Shown here: piece by piece, positions 1-9,044 of the stretch
How positions within the stretch are numbered: position 1 is the first letter of the stretch
Layout: each line of letters starts with the position of its first letter
IMG/VR virus record: IMGVR_UViG_3300025674_000014
DNA length: 64,000 bases
Source of the DNA: a virus
Taxonomy: Duplodnaviria > Caudoviricetes
Reading direction: 5' to 3' (one strand)
Made by a program: the position numbers and the translations under genes
Notes under the pieces: model-generated
The model's database searches: none
Told to the model about the DNA's origin: nothing
Seen by the model: only the letters and a program-made list of their open reading frames with translations

Positions 1-613
1 CTAGTTCTTCTTCTAATTCAGATGCCTCATCACACACTAGAAAGTTTTTACGTTTAACATGTCCAGGTAAACTCAAAAACATCTTATAGTTAAGAACTGA
101 AAACTGACTAGTAAGTGCATGATTACGATTTGTATAATAATTACAGCAACCTTTAGCCCAGCATTGGTTTTTAAGATTCTTAGTATATGTACAAGGGGCA
201 GTATCTACATCAAATGAATCATCTATATCACAAAGATAGTTTTGTTTACCTTTTAGAGTATCAATATCATCAAATAGTTTCTTATACTGATCTTGAAGCT
301 GTTTAGTAATAGTTAATGCAAATGTACCAAATGATGGTTCAGCTAAACACTCTGCCTCGTTAACAAAATTACCTGCAAAGTCTTGAGCATAAGCATCGTA
401 TGATTCAACTAACGAACGGAATTCTTTAGTCGGTCTAGCACTGACATTACCTAAAGTTCTAGGTACAAAACTCTTACCAGTACCGGTAGGGGCAGAAGCA
501 ATAACAAACCTATAGCCATCATTGAAAGCTTTTTCGATTTCTTTGATAAGTTTGACTTGAGCCTCTGATGGATTGTAACCATATGGAAATTTACTCAAAT
601 ATTTACTAAACAT
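1..613 (-). CDS. DinG/XPD(Rad3)-like SF2 helicase, N-terminal part (runs off window edge)
   Basis: Not in ORF track; read manually from ATG at 613: MFSKYLSKFPYGYNPSEAQ...APTGTGKS (Walker A), Cys cluster LC..APC..QCWAKGCC (Fe-S like), LVCDEAS (Walker B). Confidence 0.75.
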   Translation of the reverse strand, partial: MFSKYLSKFPYGYNPSEAQVKLIKEIEKAFNDGYRFVIASAPTGTGKSFVPRTLGNVSARPTKEFRSLVESYDAYAQDFAGNFVNEAECLAEPSFGTFALTITKQLQDQYKKLFDDIDTLKGKQNYLCDIDDSFDVDTAPCTYTKNLKNQCWAKGCCNYYTNRNHALTSQFSVLNYKMFLSLPGHVKRKNFLVCDEASELEEEL

Positions 614-616
614 ATA

Positions 617-919
617 TCATGAGTATATGTCATCGACTATAGAATCAAAGTCAGATTTTTTAGTATGAAGAGTAACATCTTCTACTTGATGTTCTGACAT
701 AATCTTTAACATAGATGGGGTAGCTTCTTTCATTGTACAATTGCACAACGTGTAGTGGTCTGTTTTTATATTTTTATGTGTATGGCCTTTACCATAACAT
801 TTCTTACAATTACTTTTTGGGTGATTAGTTATCTCAAGTTGACCACAATCTAAGTTGTTAGTAAACTCTTCTTCAAGTTCATAAATCACTCCAGTAAATA
901 CGCTGAAAAATATTCTCAT
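617..919 (-). CDS. hypothetical protein with one CxxCxGxG (DnaJ-type) Zn-finger motif
   Basis: CKKCYGKG...CNC; overlaps upstream ORF by 4 nt (ATGA). Confidence 0.55.
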   Translation of the reverse strand: MRIFFSVFTGVIYELEEEFTNNLDCGQLEITNHPKSNCKKCYGKGHTHKNIKTDHYTLCNCTMKEATPSMLKIMSEHQVEDVTLHTKKSDFDSIVDDIYS

Positions 920-1263
920 ACTATTTTCATTATCATTTGAACATCATAAAATTTTGAGTTCTTTTTTGGTTTAAAATTTCTTGCTTTAACAAATTTATAA
1001 GTATCGTTTTGAGTTAACGTACAAAGCCTATAATCAAAATTAACAAACGACTTTTTATTTTCAATTCCAAAGGGGTAGGGTATCTCAAAAGTTTTAATAC
1101 CTCCTTTAGGTATTTCTAATTGAAATATAATAAAAAAATCCTTTACTGATAGATTAATAAGTTTGCCTTTCTTAATAATTTTTTCATTAATTACAAAATT
1201 AACATTATTAAGAAAAAAATCTTTAAAATTATTTTCTATTTCATCTATAACTTTAACAATCAT
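916..1263 (-). CDS. hypothetical protein
   Basis: 115 aa ORF with 4-nt ATGA overlaps on both sides. Confidence 0.55.
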   Translation of the reverse strand: MIVKVIDEIENNFKDFFLNNVNFVINEKIIKKGKLINLSVKDFFIIFQLEIPKGGIKTFEIPYPFGIENKKSFVNFDYRLCTLTQNDTYKFVKARNFKPKKNSKFYDVQMIMKIV

Positions 1264-1640
1264 GTATTTTGAAAATTTAGTTTTTCTTGTGGTGTTAAAG
1301 TTTGTAGGTTTTCAGTAAAATATTTCCAAAATTCCTCATTAGCAGGAATCGTTCTAATTAATTCTACACCATTAGTACAATTAATTTGTCTATAATTTTG
1401 CATGAATATATCCCATACAATAATTAAATTTTTTATCGTTGGGTCATAATCAGGTAAACGAGTGGTAGGTCTATAGTTTAGAGTTAACCTACCGTTCTCG
1501 CTATTCAAAAGAGTAAAACTATTTGTACACAACATACGACGAGTAGGTGGTGCACCAGTCTTAATAACACGTCTTGCAAATTTTACTTCACAGACATTGT
1601 TTTTAAGAATGTTTATAAGTTGTCCTCTACTAACCTTCAT
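1260..1640 (-). CDS. phage SH3/Sm-like protein (DUF2693/WYL_2-like)
   Basis: L..N.CEVKF.R......RRMLCT...V.WDI....YRQIN pattern typical of this T4-like phage family. Confidence 0.5.
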   Translation of the reverse strand: MKVSRGQLINILKNNVCEVKFARRVIKTGAPPTRRMLCTNSFTLLNSENGRLTLNYRPTTRLPDYDPTIKNLIIVWDIFMQNYRQINCTNGVELIRTIPANEEFWKYFTENLQTLTPQEKLNFQNT

Positions 1641-2040
1641 TAGGCTTTACGATGCCGAAAATTCTAGCCTCGTTTAAGAACAATCCTTTCTTTACCTTAC
1701 CGATACCGTCAACGTCGAGATTATTAATAGGAATGCCAAGATTGTTTGGAAACATAACGTGATCACCAACATTGACATATTCACATTTAGTACCCTTAAG
1801 TAATACTTCTCCAATACGCCATGCTTTAGTATCAGCATTAATTGGAACAAGAATACCGTTACGCACGATAGCTGTACCATCTTCATTAGAGTCAACATAA
1901 CGAACAAGGATAACATCTTCCATCAAAGTGGAAAGGGAATACCCCATCAAGGTAGAATCGAATCCTTGAGTGGGGTCTGATAAGTCGATTAGACTCTTTT
2001 TAGGAGCTAATAAGTCAATACTTTTTTCTGCCTGAGACAT
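1630..2040 (-). CDS. groES: GroES/Cpn10-like co-chaperonin (gp31 analogue)
   Basis: DVILVR...NGILVP...GEVLLKG..C.YVNVGDHVMF...LNEARIFGIV. Confidence 0.75.
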   Translation of the reverse strand: MSQAEKSIDLLAPKKSLIDLSDPTQGFDSTLMGYSLSTLMEDVILVRYVDSNEDGTAIVRNGILVPINADTKAWRIGEVLLKGTKCEYVNVGDHVMFPNNLGIPINNLDVDGIGKVKKGLFLNEARIFGIVKPNEG

Positions 2041-2045
2041 GTAAA

Positions 2046-2073
2046 GACTTATTAACCTTACATGTTATTTCAA
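2046..2073 (-). promoter_or_regulatory. early/middle-type promoter (imperfect -10) for groES
   Basis: TTGAAA-N16-TAAGTC, ATG 5 nt later. Confidence 0.5.
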
Positions 2074-2466
2074 TGCTGATTTAATTTTAGTTACATCTAT
2101 TTTACCTGAATCAAGATATTGTTCTACTTCACGTCTAGATATTTCAAAACGTTTAGCAAGAAACTTTACTATCTCATCAAAGTTATTAATATCTTTTCTT
2201 TTCTCTTTTTTGATATAATGAATACGTCCAGGTGAACCTTTTGGTAATATTTTAATCAGATAATCATACCACTCTCTCTTCGTATCAAATACGTTATAAT
2301 GCTTGTTAGTAGTCTCATTAATAATCTGAGCATACTCAGGAGAGTACATACTCAACCACCTACAAACAATATAAGGAAGAAACTGATCTTCATCCTCAAC
2401 GTTATCCAAAAGGTTACCCTTCTTAGTAACAATTATATCATTTAGAATTTCAAAGATATTGAGCAT
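2065..2466 (-). CDS. 62: clamp loader small subunit (T4 gp62-like)
   Basis: F.PYIV.RWLSM...YDYL...LPK....YIKK...LAK.FEIS.REV.QYL; size 133 aa. Confidence 0.7.
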   Translation of the reverse strand: MLNIFEILNDIIVTKKGNLLDNVEDEDQFLPYIVCRWLSMYSPEYAQIINETTNKHYNVFDTKREWYDYLIKILPKGSPGRIHYIKKEKRKDINNFDEIVKFLAKRFEISRREVEQYLDSGKIDVTKIKSALK

Positions 2467-2471
2467 TACAA

Positions 2472-3062
2472 TTACTTAATGATAACTTTAGACGTAGCAA
2501 CGAACATATCGTCATTCAACTCATAGAATGCTTTGTTTACTTCACTACAGAAATTATTCACTTGCTCATCAGTAAAATTAGTACTAAATGCAAATGCAGG
2601 AGCTTTCTTACCAGCTACTACATTGATACCAGTATGACCAAGAGCAACACCATCTTTAACATACGTAATACTAACACTTACTTTACCTTCTTGCTGCGTA
2701 ACACCACCTTGAGTAAATTCTTTCTGCACCATAATATCATCTCCATCCATATAGATAGGACAATTCAGGTATTCAGGCTTAGCTAGAATATTAGCAATAC
2801 AAGTATTAAGTAATCTCTGATATGCTACTGCACCAAAAGGATTATCTAGGATAGGAATTTCCCATAGAAAGTTAATTGAGTCATCACTCCAGATGAATTC
2901 TTGCTTATCTACATCTTCCTGATCGATCATTCCATCAGCAAGCACTTCCATAGGAGCTCTAAATGATACTAGATTACCAATTGGTAATACTTTATCTTTG
3001 AAAAACTTATATGCAAATCTGCTATGAAGAAGATTACCGTCATATTTTTCTACATTAAACAT
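2472..3062 (-). CDS. DUF366 family protein (BPL/LplA-like fold)
   Basis: YDG..L...FAY...G..VSFR.PM....MIDQEDV...I.SDD.INF..E....AV..QRLL....GDDI...KVSVSI....LGH.GINV. Confidence 0.7.
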   Translation of the reverse strand: MFNVEKYDGNLLHSRFAYKFFKDKVLPIGNLVSFRAPMEVLADGMIDQEDVDKQEFIWSDDSINFLWEIPILDNPFGAVAYQRLLNTCIANILAKPEYLNCPIYMDGDDIMVQKEFTQGGVTQQEGKVSVSITYVKDGVALGHTGINVVAGKKAPAFAFSTNFTDEQVNNFCSEVNKAFYELNDDMFVATSKVIIK

Positions 3063-3068
3063 ATAGTC

Positions 3069-3096
3069 ATTATATCACCTCTGCAAAGAAGACCAA
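3069..3096 (-). promoter_or_regulatory. early/middle-type promoter for DUF366
   Basis: TTGGTC-N16-TATAAT, ATG 6 nt later. Confidence 0.75.
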
Positions 3097-3596
3097 CGTT
3101 TATGAGCGGTATTTATAATTTTTTTTGCTTCAGATTTACCCAACCATCCATTAATTTTTACATCTTTATCTTCAAGGTCTTTATAATGAGAAAAGAAATT
3201 AAATGTAGTTGAAACCCAATGTGGGTCTAGATCTTTTAGAGAACGATAATCCTTTACGTGAGAAACAGGTACCGTAATAATCTTAAAATCTTTATCACCA
3301 TTATCATCCATATCTAAAACAGCTATTGGATAAACTTCTACTAAAGTACCAGTTTTGATAGGTACGTTATTATAAACACAAACATCTAGAGGGTCATTAT
3401 CTAAAGCTAAAGTTTGAGGTACAAATCCATACGAACAGGTGTATCTCATACTACTGTAAAGACATCTGCTAAGTTTAAAGATACCTAATTGTTCATCGTA
3501 CTCATACTTGGCATTGGTATCTTTTTCAACTTCAATTATAGCATTTATCCTTAAAGGAGCATCTATACCTATTGGAATATCATTTACTAAATTCAT
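3075..3596 (-). CDS. ppa: family I inorganic pyrophosphatase
   Basis: AKYEYD, YGFVPQTL..DNDPLDV, D.G.KD.KII, FF..YKDLE. Confidence 0.92.
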   Translation of the reverse strand: MNLVNDIPIGIDAPLRINAIIEVEKDTNAKYEYDEQLGIFKLSRCLYSSMRYTCSYGFVPQTLALDNDPLDVCVYNNVPIKTGTLVEVYPIAVLDMDDNGDKDFKIITVPVSHVKDYRSLKDLDPHWVSTTFNFFSHYKDLEDKDVKINGWLGKSEAKKIINTAHKRWSSLQR

Positions 3597-4521
3597 TAAA
3601 ATAAATGTCTAAGAATTTTTTAGTTTCATCTGGTATTAAATCACTATTTAGAGTACAGCAATTTAACACCCACGATAAAGTATTTCTATAACCTATAATT
3701 TCTTTTTCTAAATTAGTAATTAAATCTTGCTCGTTTCTATTTTGATAAACCGATGCTTTATCAAATATAACTTGATTAGGTTTTATTTTGGTTTGAAGAT
3801 AATAACCACCCCAAATATCATCCATTCTACCTACATGAGGCCAAACAGCATAATGAGGTATAACATCTCTGGATAAAAATGTATTTTGAGAATTAAAAGG
3901 GTGAATATTTTCGCTAGTAAAGGGGAACAATCCTTTTTCAGAATTAAAATCACAATAAGGCTTTACTGTTAGTCTTGCCATTGCGTCAATATCAGGATCT
4001 CCATTCCAAAAATCAGCTTGCACTTTAACCTCTACTTCCTTATCTTGAAGTAAAATAGCTTTCTTTCTTTCAGGTACATAATCTAAAGGAAAACCTCTAT
4101 GCCAAATTTTATCATGATAAGACGTAGGTGAAATAGGATCAAAAACATAAGTGTTACCTCTATAATGGTTAATATTCACTTTTGTATTAACTTTAATATC
4201 AGACCCCCAATCATCATAAGGTATATTATCGTCATCAATTGTAGCAATAACTTTATTATTGCTTTCTTTATATGCTTCAACAAACCCAATGTTTCTTCTT
4301 TGAATAGATCTCCATCCTATACTATCACTAAGTTCTTTATATTTCTTTTCCTGATAGTCTGGGTGAAGGTAAGTAACACCAGCCATATCTTCGTAAAGCT
4401 TATGAGGTGTTTTAGTATCTCCTACTACATAAAAAGTCCAATCATTATTGAGAGCTAATTTAGCATACCTTTTAGTTGCTTCAGTAGGCTCGTTAATAGT
4501 TGTTGTTACAATGCTTAACAT
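3580..4521 (-). CDS. STELLO/RGP(GT75)-like glycosyltransferase or sugar mutase
   Basis: VVGDTKTP, RRNIGF..A, IATIDDDN (DxD), W.GDPDIDA, PFNSQNT, RMDDIWG. Confidence 0.65.
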   Translation of the reverse strand: MLSIVTTTINEPTEATKRYAKLALNNDWTFYVVGDTKTPHKLYEDMAGVTYLHPDYQEKKYKELSDSIGWRSIQRRNIGFVEAYKESNNKVIATIDDDNIPYDDWGSDIKVNTKVNINHYRGNTYVFDPISPTSYHDKIWHRGFPLDYVPERKKAILLQDKEVEVKVQADFWNGDPDIDAMARLTVKPYCDFNSEKGLFPFTSENIHPFNSQNTFLSRDVIPHYAVWPHVGRMDDIWGGYYLQTKIKPNQVIFDKASVYQNRNEQDLITNLEKEIIGYRNTLSWVLNCCTLNSDLIPDETKKFLDIYFNEFSK

Positions 4522-5318
4522 ATAAAATCTAGAATAAAGTTTTTAACTGTGTAATTATTAATCGCTAAATCATAAGTCTTTTCCACCATATCATGATAAG
4601 ACTCATAGTTGTTTAAAATTTCGTCTAAACGTTCTTTTAATTTACCTTCCTCAAAAGTAACAAAATGTTCATCCTTTACAAACCAAGGGTCCATATAATT
4701 ACTAAATTTTTCGCAACATAATATTAAACTCTTATTAAACGCTGCTTCAAATGATCTGCTCTTTAACTGAGCATAAGCTCGGGTGGAGTTATGAGTTACA
4801 GTTACCTTGGACTCGCTTATCAACTGCAATTTTTGTTTATATGTAACATTTGTATGTGTACCTCTAGAAAAAGAAGCTAGCACATACTTACCGTAACTCA
4901 TACCTCCTAAAGTGTTAAAGATTTCCGGTACCGGTGGTGTATTATTGTGATTACCAGTATAACAGGCATCATAAATTTTTTCTGATGGAGCTAAAATCTT
5001 TTCTGGTAAATATTTTTCGTTCAAAGGAAAGTAAACATATTTTCTATTAGGCTTCTTTTCAGCAGCAGTTTTACTAATAGTAAGCATCTCATTACAATAA
5101 GGTGCAATAAGAGTTTCCGTACCATCTAAATCATCATATACCTCTTCAAAATGACAGCAAATTTTTTTACCAGTAACATTTGAATTTTTCATTGCGTCCC
5201 AATCACACCCAATGTAAACGTGAATATCATCAGAAACCAAATCCTTATATTGTTCAAAATCCCAATATCTTAAAGGGTCTTCCCAATAATTTTTATTTAA
5301 ATTGTTATGTACTATCAT
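4515..5318 (-). CDS. GT-B glycosyltransferase (CgeB/Glyco_trans_1_2-like)
   Basis: C-terminal L..SK...N...KSR.FEAA...LIL...F..DEHFV.F....L. Confidence 0.55.
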   Translation of the reverse strand: MIVHNNLNKNYWEDPLRYWDFEQYKDLVSDDIHVYIGCDWDAMKNSNVTGKKICCHFEEVYDDLDGTETLIAPYCNEMLTISKTAAEKKPNRKYVYFPLNEKYLPEKILAPSEKIYDACYTGNHNNTPPVPEIFNTLGGMSYGKYVLASFSRGTHTNVTYKQKLQLISESKVTVTHNSTRAYAQLKSRSFEAAFNKSLILCCEKFSNYMDPWFVKDEHFVTFEEGKLKERLDEILNNYESYHDMVEKTYDLAINNYTVKNFILDFIC

Positions 5319-5950
5319 AATGGGTACACTATTACATATCCTTGATCTCTATAAACCTTTTTAAAGTCATGTGTCTTACCAAAAGTTTCATATAACATTG
5401 AAAGATCTCTTCCATCAGGGTTAATATCATTTAAAGTTATGTTATGTCCGTGAGCTTTACAATGCTCATCAAAAGAAGGTCTCTTTTTGTCCTCCCCGGC
5501 CTTTATTGATTCGTAAACCCATAAATCATCACAAATCAAAACATCTTTATACTTACCTAACCTTTTTGATATTAGATTTATTTCATCTTCTAAAGGTAAA
5601 TTTAAATTAAAATCTAATTTTTTAATTTCATCATATGATTTTAATTTAGCATCTGCACCAGGAAAATGAGCATCTAACCAAAATAAAATATTACTATCAA
5701 TAGTAGGTAAAATTTCTTCTAATACAGAGGTTGAATGACCTGTAATTATTTCTACTCTCGATTCATTTCTGAATCTATGTCTAGCTTTTTCTGCTACCGT
5801 TGGTTCTATTTCTATAGATATGATTCTATCAAAGTCATATCTTAATGCTTGAACAATTCCATCTCCATATAAAGTACCGGTTTCAATAAACACAGATGCT
5901 TTATTAAGTTGTATTAGTTCATTTAAATTAAAAATTGTTAAATTACCCAT
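5315..5950 (-). CDS. class I SAM-dependent methyltransferase
   Basis: FIETGT..GDG, ISIEI, G.S..VL, FWLDAHF, I.DD. Confidence 0.65.
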   Translation of the reverse strand: MGNLTIFNLNELIQLNKASVFIETGTLYGDGIVQALRYDFDRIISIEIEPTVAEKARHRFRNESRVEIITGHSTSVLEEILPTIDSNILFWLDAHFPGADAKLKSYDEIKKLDFNLNLPLEDEINLISKRLGKYKDVLICDDLWVYESIKAGEDKKRPSFDEHCKAHGHNITLNDINPDGRDLSMLYETFGKTHDFKKVYRDQGYVIVYPL

Positions 5951-5951
5951 T

Positions 5952-6644
5952 TTACCATTCAGTTAATTCCCATTTTACATTTTTAGGAATATGTTTTATT
6001 ACATTAAAATTAGCAGGATTAAACCTACTATATAATTTAAATTTAGATGCTTTAAGGTCAAGTTTTTCCATCAAATACATAAAAGATGTATCGACCATAT
6101 AAATTTCAGATGCATTTTCTAATACTTTACACCAATCAAATAAGTTGTAGTTAGGTAATACTTTTACATCGATAATTTTTTTATTAGTTTCAACATTAAT
6201 TTGTCTTGCTGAATATTGAGGAGGAGAACCCACATTACAACTTCTTAAAATATATTCTTCATTATTAGGATTTAACTCATTATATAATTTTTCTTCTCTT
6301 TCATAATTTCTGAAAAAATCAAAATAATCTAATGCATCACTAGAATCAATGTTAGCTAAATCATATTTAGCTTGCATAGTATTATTATCATATTGAGGTT
6401 TGCCTACATCGGCATCTCTTAAATTTAAAATTTGTTTTTTATCATCTTGATCAACAAAATCATTAAATGAAGTAAATTTAAGTTTTGGAATTTTTATATA
6501 ATCTTTTATATAAGAGAACTCGTCTATCACCGGCCATTCAATTGTTTTAACATTTTTATCAAAGAAAGATATATAGTAAGCTATTTTTAAGCAATAAAAA
6601 ATATCACCTATACCAGCTGGTTGAAATATAATTACAGTTTCCAT
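5952..6644 (-). CDS. putative glycosyltransferase (GT9/GT-B-like)
   Basis: N-terminal QPAGIGDI; C-terminal W..VLENA..I..VDTSF..L; position inside glycan operon. Confidence 0.4.
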   Translation of the reverse strand: METVIIFQPAGIGDIFYCLKIAYYISFFDKNVKTIEWPVIDEFSYIKDYIKIPKLKFTSFNDFVDQDDKKQILNLRDADVGKPQYDNNTMQAKYDLANIDSSDALDYFDFFRNYEREEKLYNELNPNNEEYILRSCNVGSPPQYSARQINVETNKKIIDVKVLPNYNLFDWCKVLENASEIYMVDTSFMYLMEKLDLKASKFKLYSRFNPANFNVIKHIPKNVKWELTEW

Positions 6645-7459
6645 GAAAAACTATATTCCTTTACTTGTTCATAAGACATAGCTCTCATTTCTTCTAACAC
6701 TTGTCTATTTGTTTCCATGTACTTACACATTGCAGTACCTCTTTTTGCTCCTTCATGTACCATATGAAAGATAGGATCACCGTCATCTATAAATTTTACC
6801 GGGTTACCAAACTTAGCAAATCTTTCACGAGTTTCATCATCCTCAAAACCCCAGCCTTTAAATTTAGGATTAAATCCATTCATTGAAATAAAAGTATTTT
6901 TATTACCAGCTAACCCACCACCAGGACCACCCATATTATTACGTCTGAAAAGATTATTTTCATAAACATGGAAATTTTGATACTCATTCAAATATGTATT
7001 ATAGTCTAAAGTTTCTTTAAACTTTTCTATTAACGGTACTTTTACATCAATAAAATTAGGACCGGAAGGAATAAGAATCTTATTTTCGTTATTAATAAGA
7101 TCATAAGCTTTAACTATATCTTGTGGGTTAAAAATAGTATCAACATCATTAAAGAAAATAGTATCATATGAAGCATATTTTAACCCAAAGTTATATGCTG
7201 TCATTTTATTCCAATACTCTGTATCTTCTAATAATCTATGATGAAATATATTTTCATTACGGAAGATAGGTAAAGGTTTAAGATTATCTCTTTGCTCTTT
7301 ATCTATATATTGCTGAAGTACTAAGATTTCTAAATCAGTATAATTTTTTAAAAGATAATGAAGTAGAATATTTAAATTACGTTCTCTATCGTCATGATCT
7401 TTTTGATAAAAAATACAGAATGTAGATTTGATAGGAATCATGCCTTTATAATAGTCCAA
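6632..7459 (-). CDS. GT2/GT7-C (galactosyltransferase-like) glycosyltransferase
   Basis: RERNL, WNK..AYN.G, FNDVD, NGFN..F.GWG.ED.E. Confidence 0.7.
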   Translation of the reverse strand: MDYYKGMIPIKSTFCIFYQKDHDDRERNLNILLHYLLKNYTDLEILVLQQYIDKEQRDNLKPLPIFRNENIFHHRLLEDTEYWNKMTAYNFGLKYASYDTIFFNDVDTIFNPQDIVKAYDLINNENKILIPSGPNFIDVKVPLIEKFKETLDYNTYLNEYQNFHVYENNLFRRNNMGGPGGGLAGNKNTFISMNGFNPKFKGWGFEDDETRERFAKFGNPVKFIDDGDPIFHMVHEGAKRGTAMCKYMETNRQVLEEMRAMSYEQVKEYSFSWKL

Positions 7460-8223
7460 TTATCATCAAGTAAATCTTTATACTCTGGACCTTTTGGTCC
7501 AAACCAAGGTACCGGGGCTATTACTTTTTCTTTCTTTTTACCAAGATAACTTGACCATGCAGCAAAAGTACTATTACCCATAATAATAGAATCGCAACAA
7601 CTTAATGTATAAAAATCTTCTAACTCACTCTCACCATTCACGTAAATGTTATTATCATCAAATTTAAACTCTTTTGATACGGTTGCAAAGTCATCAGTTG
7701 CATATATGAAAACGTGATCTTTAAACATGTTTTTAGCTTTATCGTAAAAGCTTTTAGGAATGGAAGGGTGGATGTCAGGGTTATGAGTATAATCACCTCT
7801 TCTAACATGCACACCTACAACCTTTTTACCCGTTTTTTCTCTTAACTGATTAATTTTGTTTTCTATAGGAGAATATTTTTCTTCATCAAAACAAAACCAA
7901 TCATTAAGCTCATCTCTATACTTTGCAAAGTATTTGGGAGACTGATAATAACCTTCGTAAACAATGTTTTCATCTGTTTTTTCTATTTCGTTATATGTAA
8001 ATTGTGGTTCTTGTAAAAGTTTAAAGTCATCAGTTATTTTGCCGGTTTTAAAATTCTTATAAAAGTTATCTTTATACATTACCGGGTGTTTACCTTGACC
8101 ACAACCAAATCTTGCACTATAATCAATAAAGAACTCCTCATCATTATCTTTACAGTAAGCATTAATTGCAGCTATTTGATAAAGCTGATTACCTAAACCT
8201 CCTTTTAATAAAATAGTTTTCAT
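7438..8223 (-). CDS. GT11 alpha-1,2-fucosyltransferase-like
   Basis: GGLGNQLYQ, EGYYQS.KYF, GVHVRRGDY, ATDD, NSTFAAWSSYL. Confidence 0.85.
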   Translation of the reverse strand: MKTILLKGGLGNQLYQIAAINAYCKDNDEEFFIDYSARFGCGQGKHPVMYKDNFYKNFKTGKITDDFKLLQEPQFTYNEIEKTDENIVYEGYYQSPKYFAKYRDELNDWFCFDEEKYSPIENKINQLREKTGKKVVGVHVRRGDYTHNPDIHPSIPKSFYDKAKNMFKDHVFIYATDDFATVSKEFKFDDNNIYVNGESELEDFYTLSCCDSIIMGNSTFAAWSSYLGKKKEKVIAPVPWFGPKGPEYKDLLDDNWTIIKA

Positions 8224-9044
8224 TCAAATAAAAATTTATAATTTTCGAATATCCAATCTTCTGGTACCCTAAACTGTTCCACCTTGCTATAATTTTCTTC
8301 AACAGCAGAAAGACGCATATTGTAATCATCTTCTGACATATTACTTAAAACAAGATCAATATCATTTAATGAGTTAAAATAAATGATACCATTTTTGTTG
8401 AAAAATTTATTTACTGAATCTTTATCACCATAATAGATAGGAATAGTTTTTGTTGCAAAACAATCTAATAATTTTTCAGTCCAATAACCAGGTAAGATAG
8501 CATTTTCAATTGTAACTGAATACCTGTAATCATTAAGACCGTCTTCTTTATTTTCAAGCCTGTTAAGAACATATTCACCAAAACAATCCATTTGCTCACC
8601 ATTATAATCTATTACTTGGTGACGTAAACGATGACCTTCAGTCATTGCTTTTTCTGAAGCAAAGATACTGCACATTTTTGTTTTAGGTTTATCTACATAA
8701 TTTTTAATCCAACATCTACCATGAGGGTAATAAAGATAATTTTCACCTCTATCTATAAGATTTTGATCAAAGGTTAATACAAAGTCAAACAGTTTGTTAT
8801 TTTTTTCAATCCATGCATATGAATGAGGATGAATGCTTCTTGGTTCTAATATCCAAGCTACCTTTCTTTTTACACCTGAAGCCTTCTTTACGTCTTCAAG
8901 ACACATGTCAGTAATAAAACATACATCACTAACAGGTACGTTGTCTCTAACCCACTCAATGTATTTGCTTGGGGTATTAGCGCAAGATGATATATCGTGA
9001 CCAAAATTTCTATCTCTAATATTAACCTTCATTACATTTTCCAA
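8220..9044 (-). CDS. GT10 alpha-1,3/4-fucosyltransferase-like
   Basis: YRYSV.IEN....YWTEKL.DCF....IPIYYG. Confidence 0.7.
   Translation of the reverse strand: MENVMKVNIRDRNFGHDISSCANTPSKYIEWVRDNVPVSDVCFITDMCLEDVKKASGVKRKVAWILEPRSIHPHSYAWIEKNNKLFDFVLTFDQNLIDRGENYLYYPHGRCWIKNYVDKPKTKMCSIFASEKAMTEGHRLRHQVIDYNGEQMDCFGEYVLNRLENKEDGLNDYRYSVTIENAILPGYWTEKLLDCFATKTIPIYYGDKDSVNKFFNKNGIIYFNSLNDIDLVLSNMSEDDYNMRLSAVEENYSKVEQFRVPEDWIFENYKFLFE

Noticed and set aside
617-2040. DnaJ/GroES chaperone module
   Set aside because: ORF 617 has only one CxxCxGxG unit and no J-domain HPD motif; a lone GroES-like gene is normal in T4-like phages.
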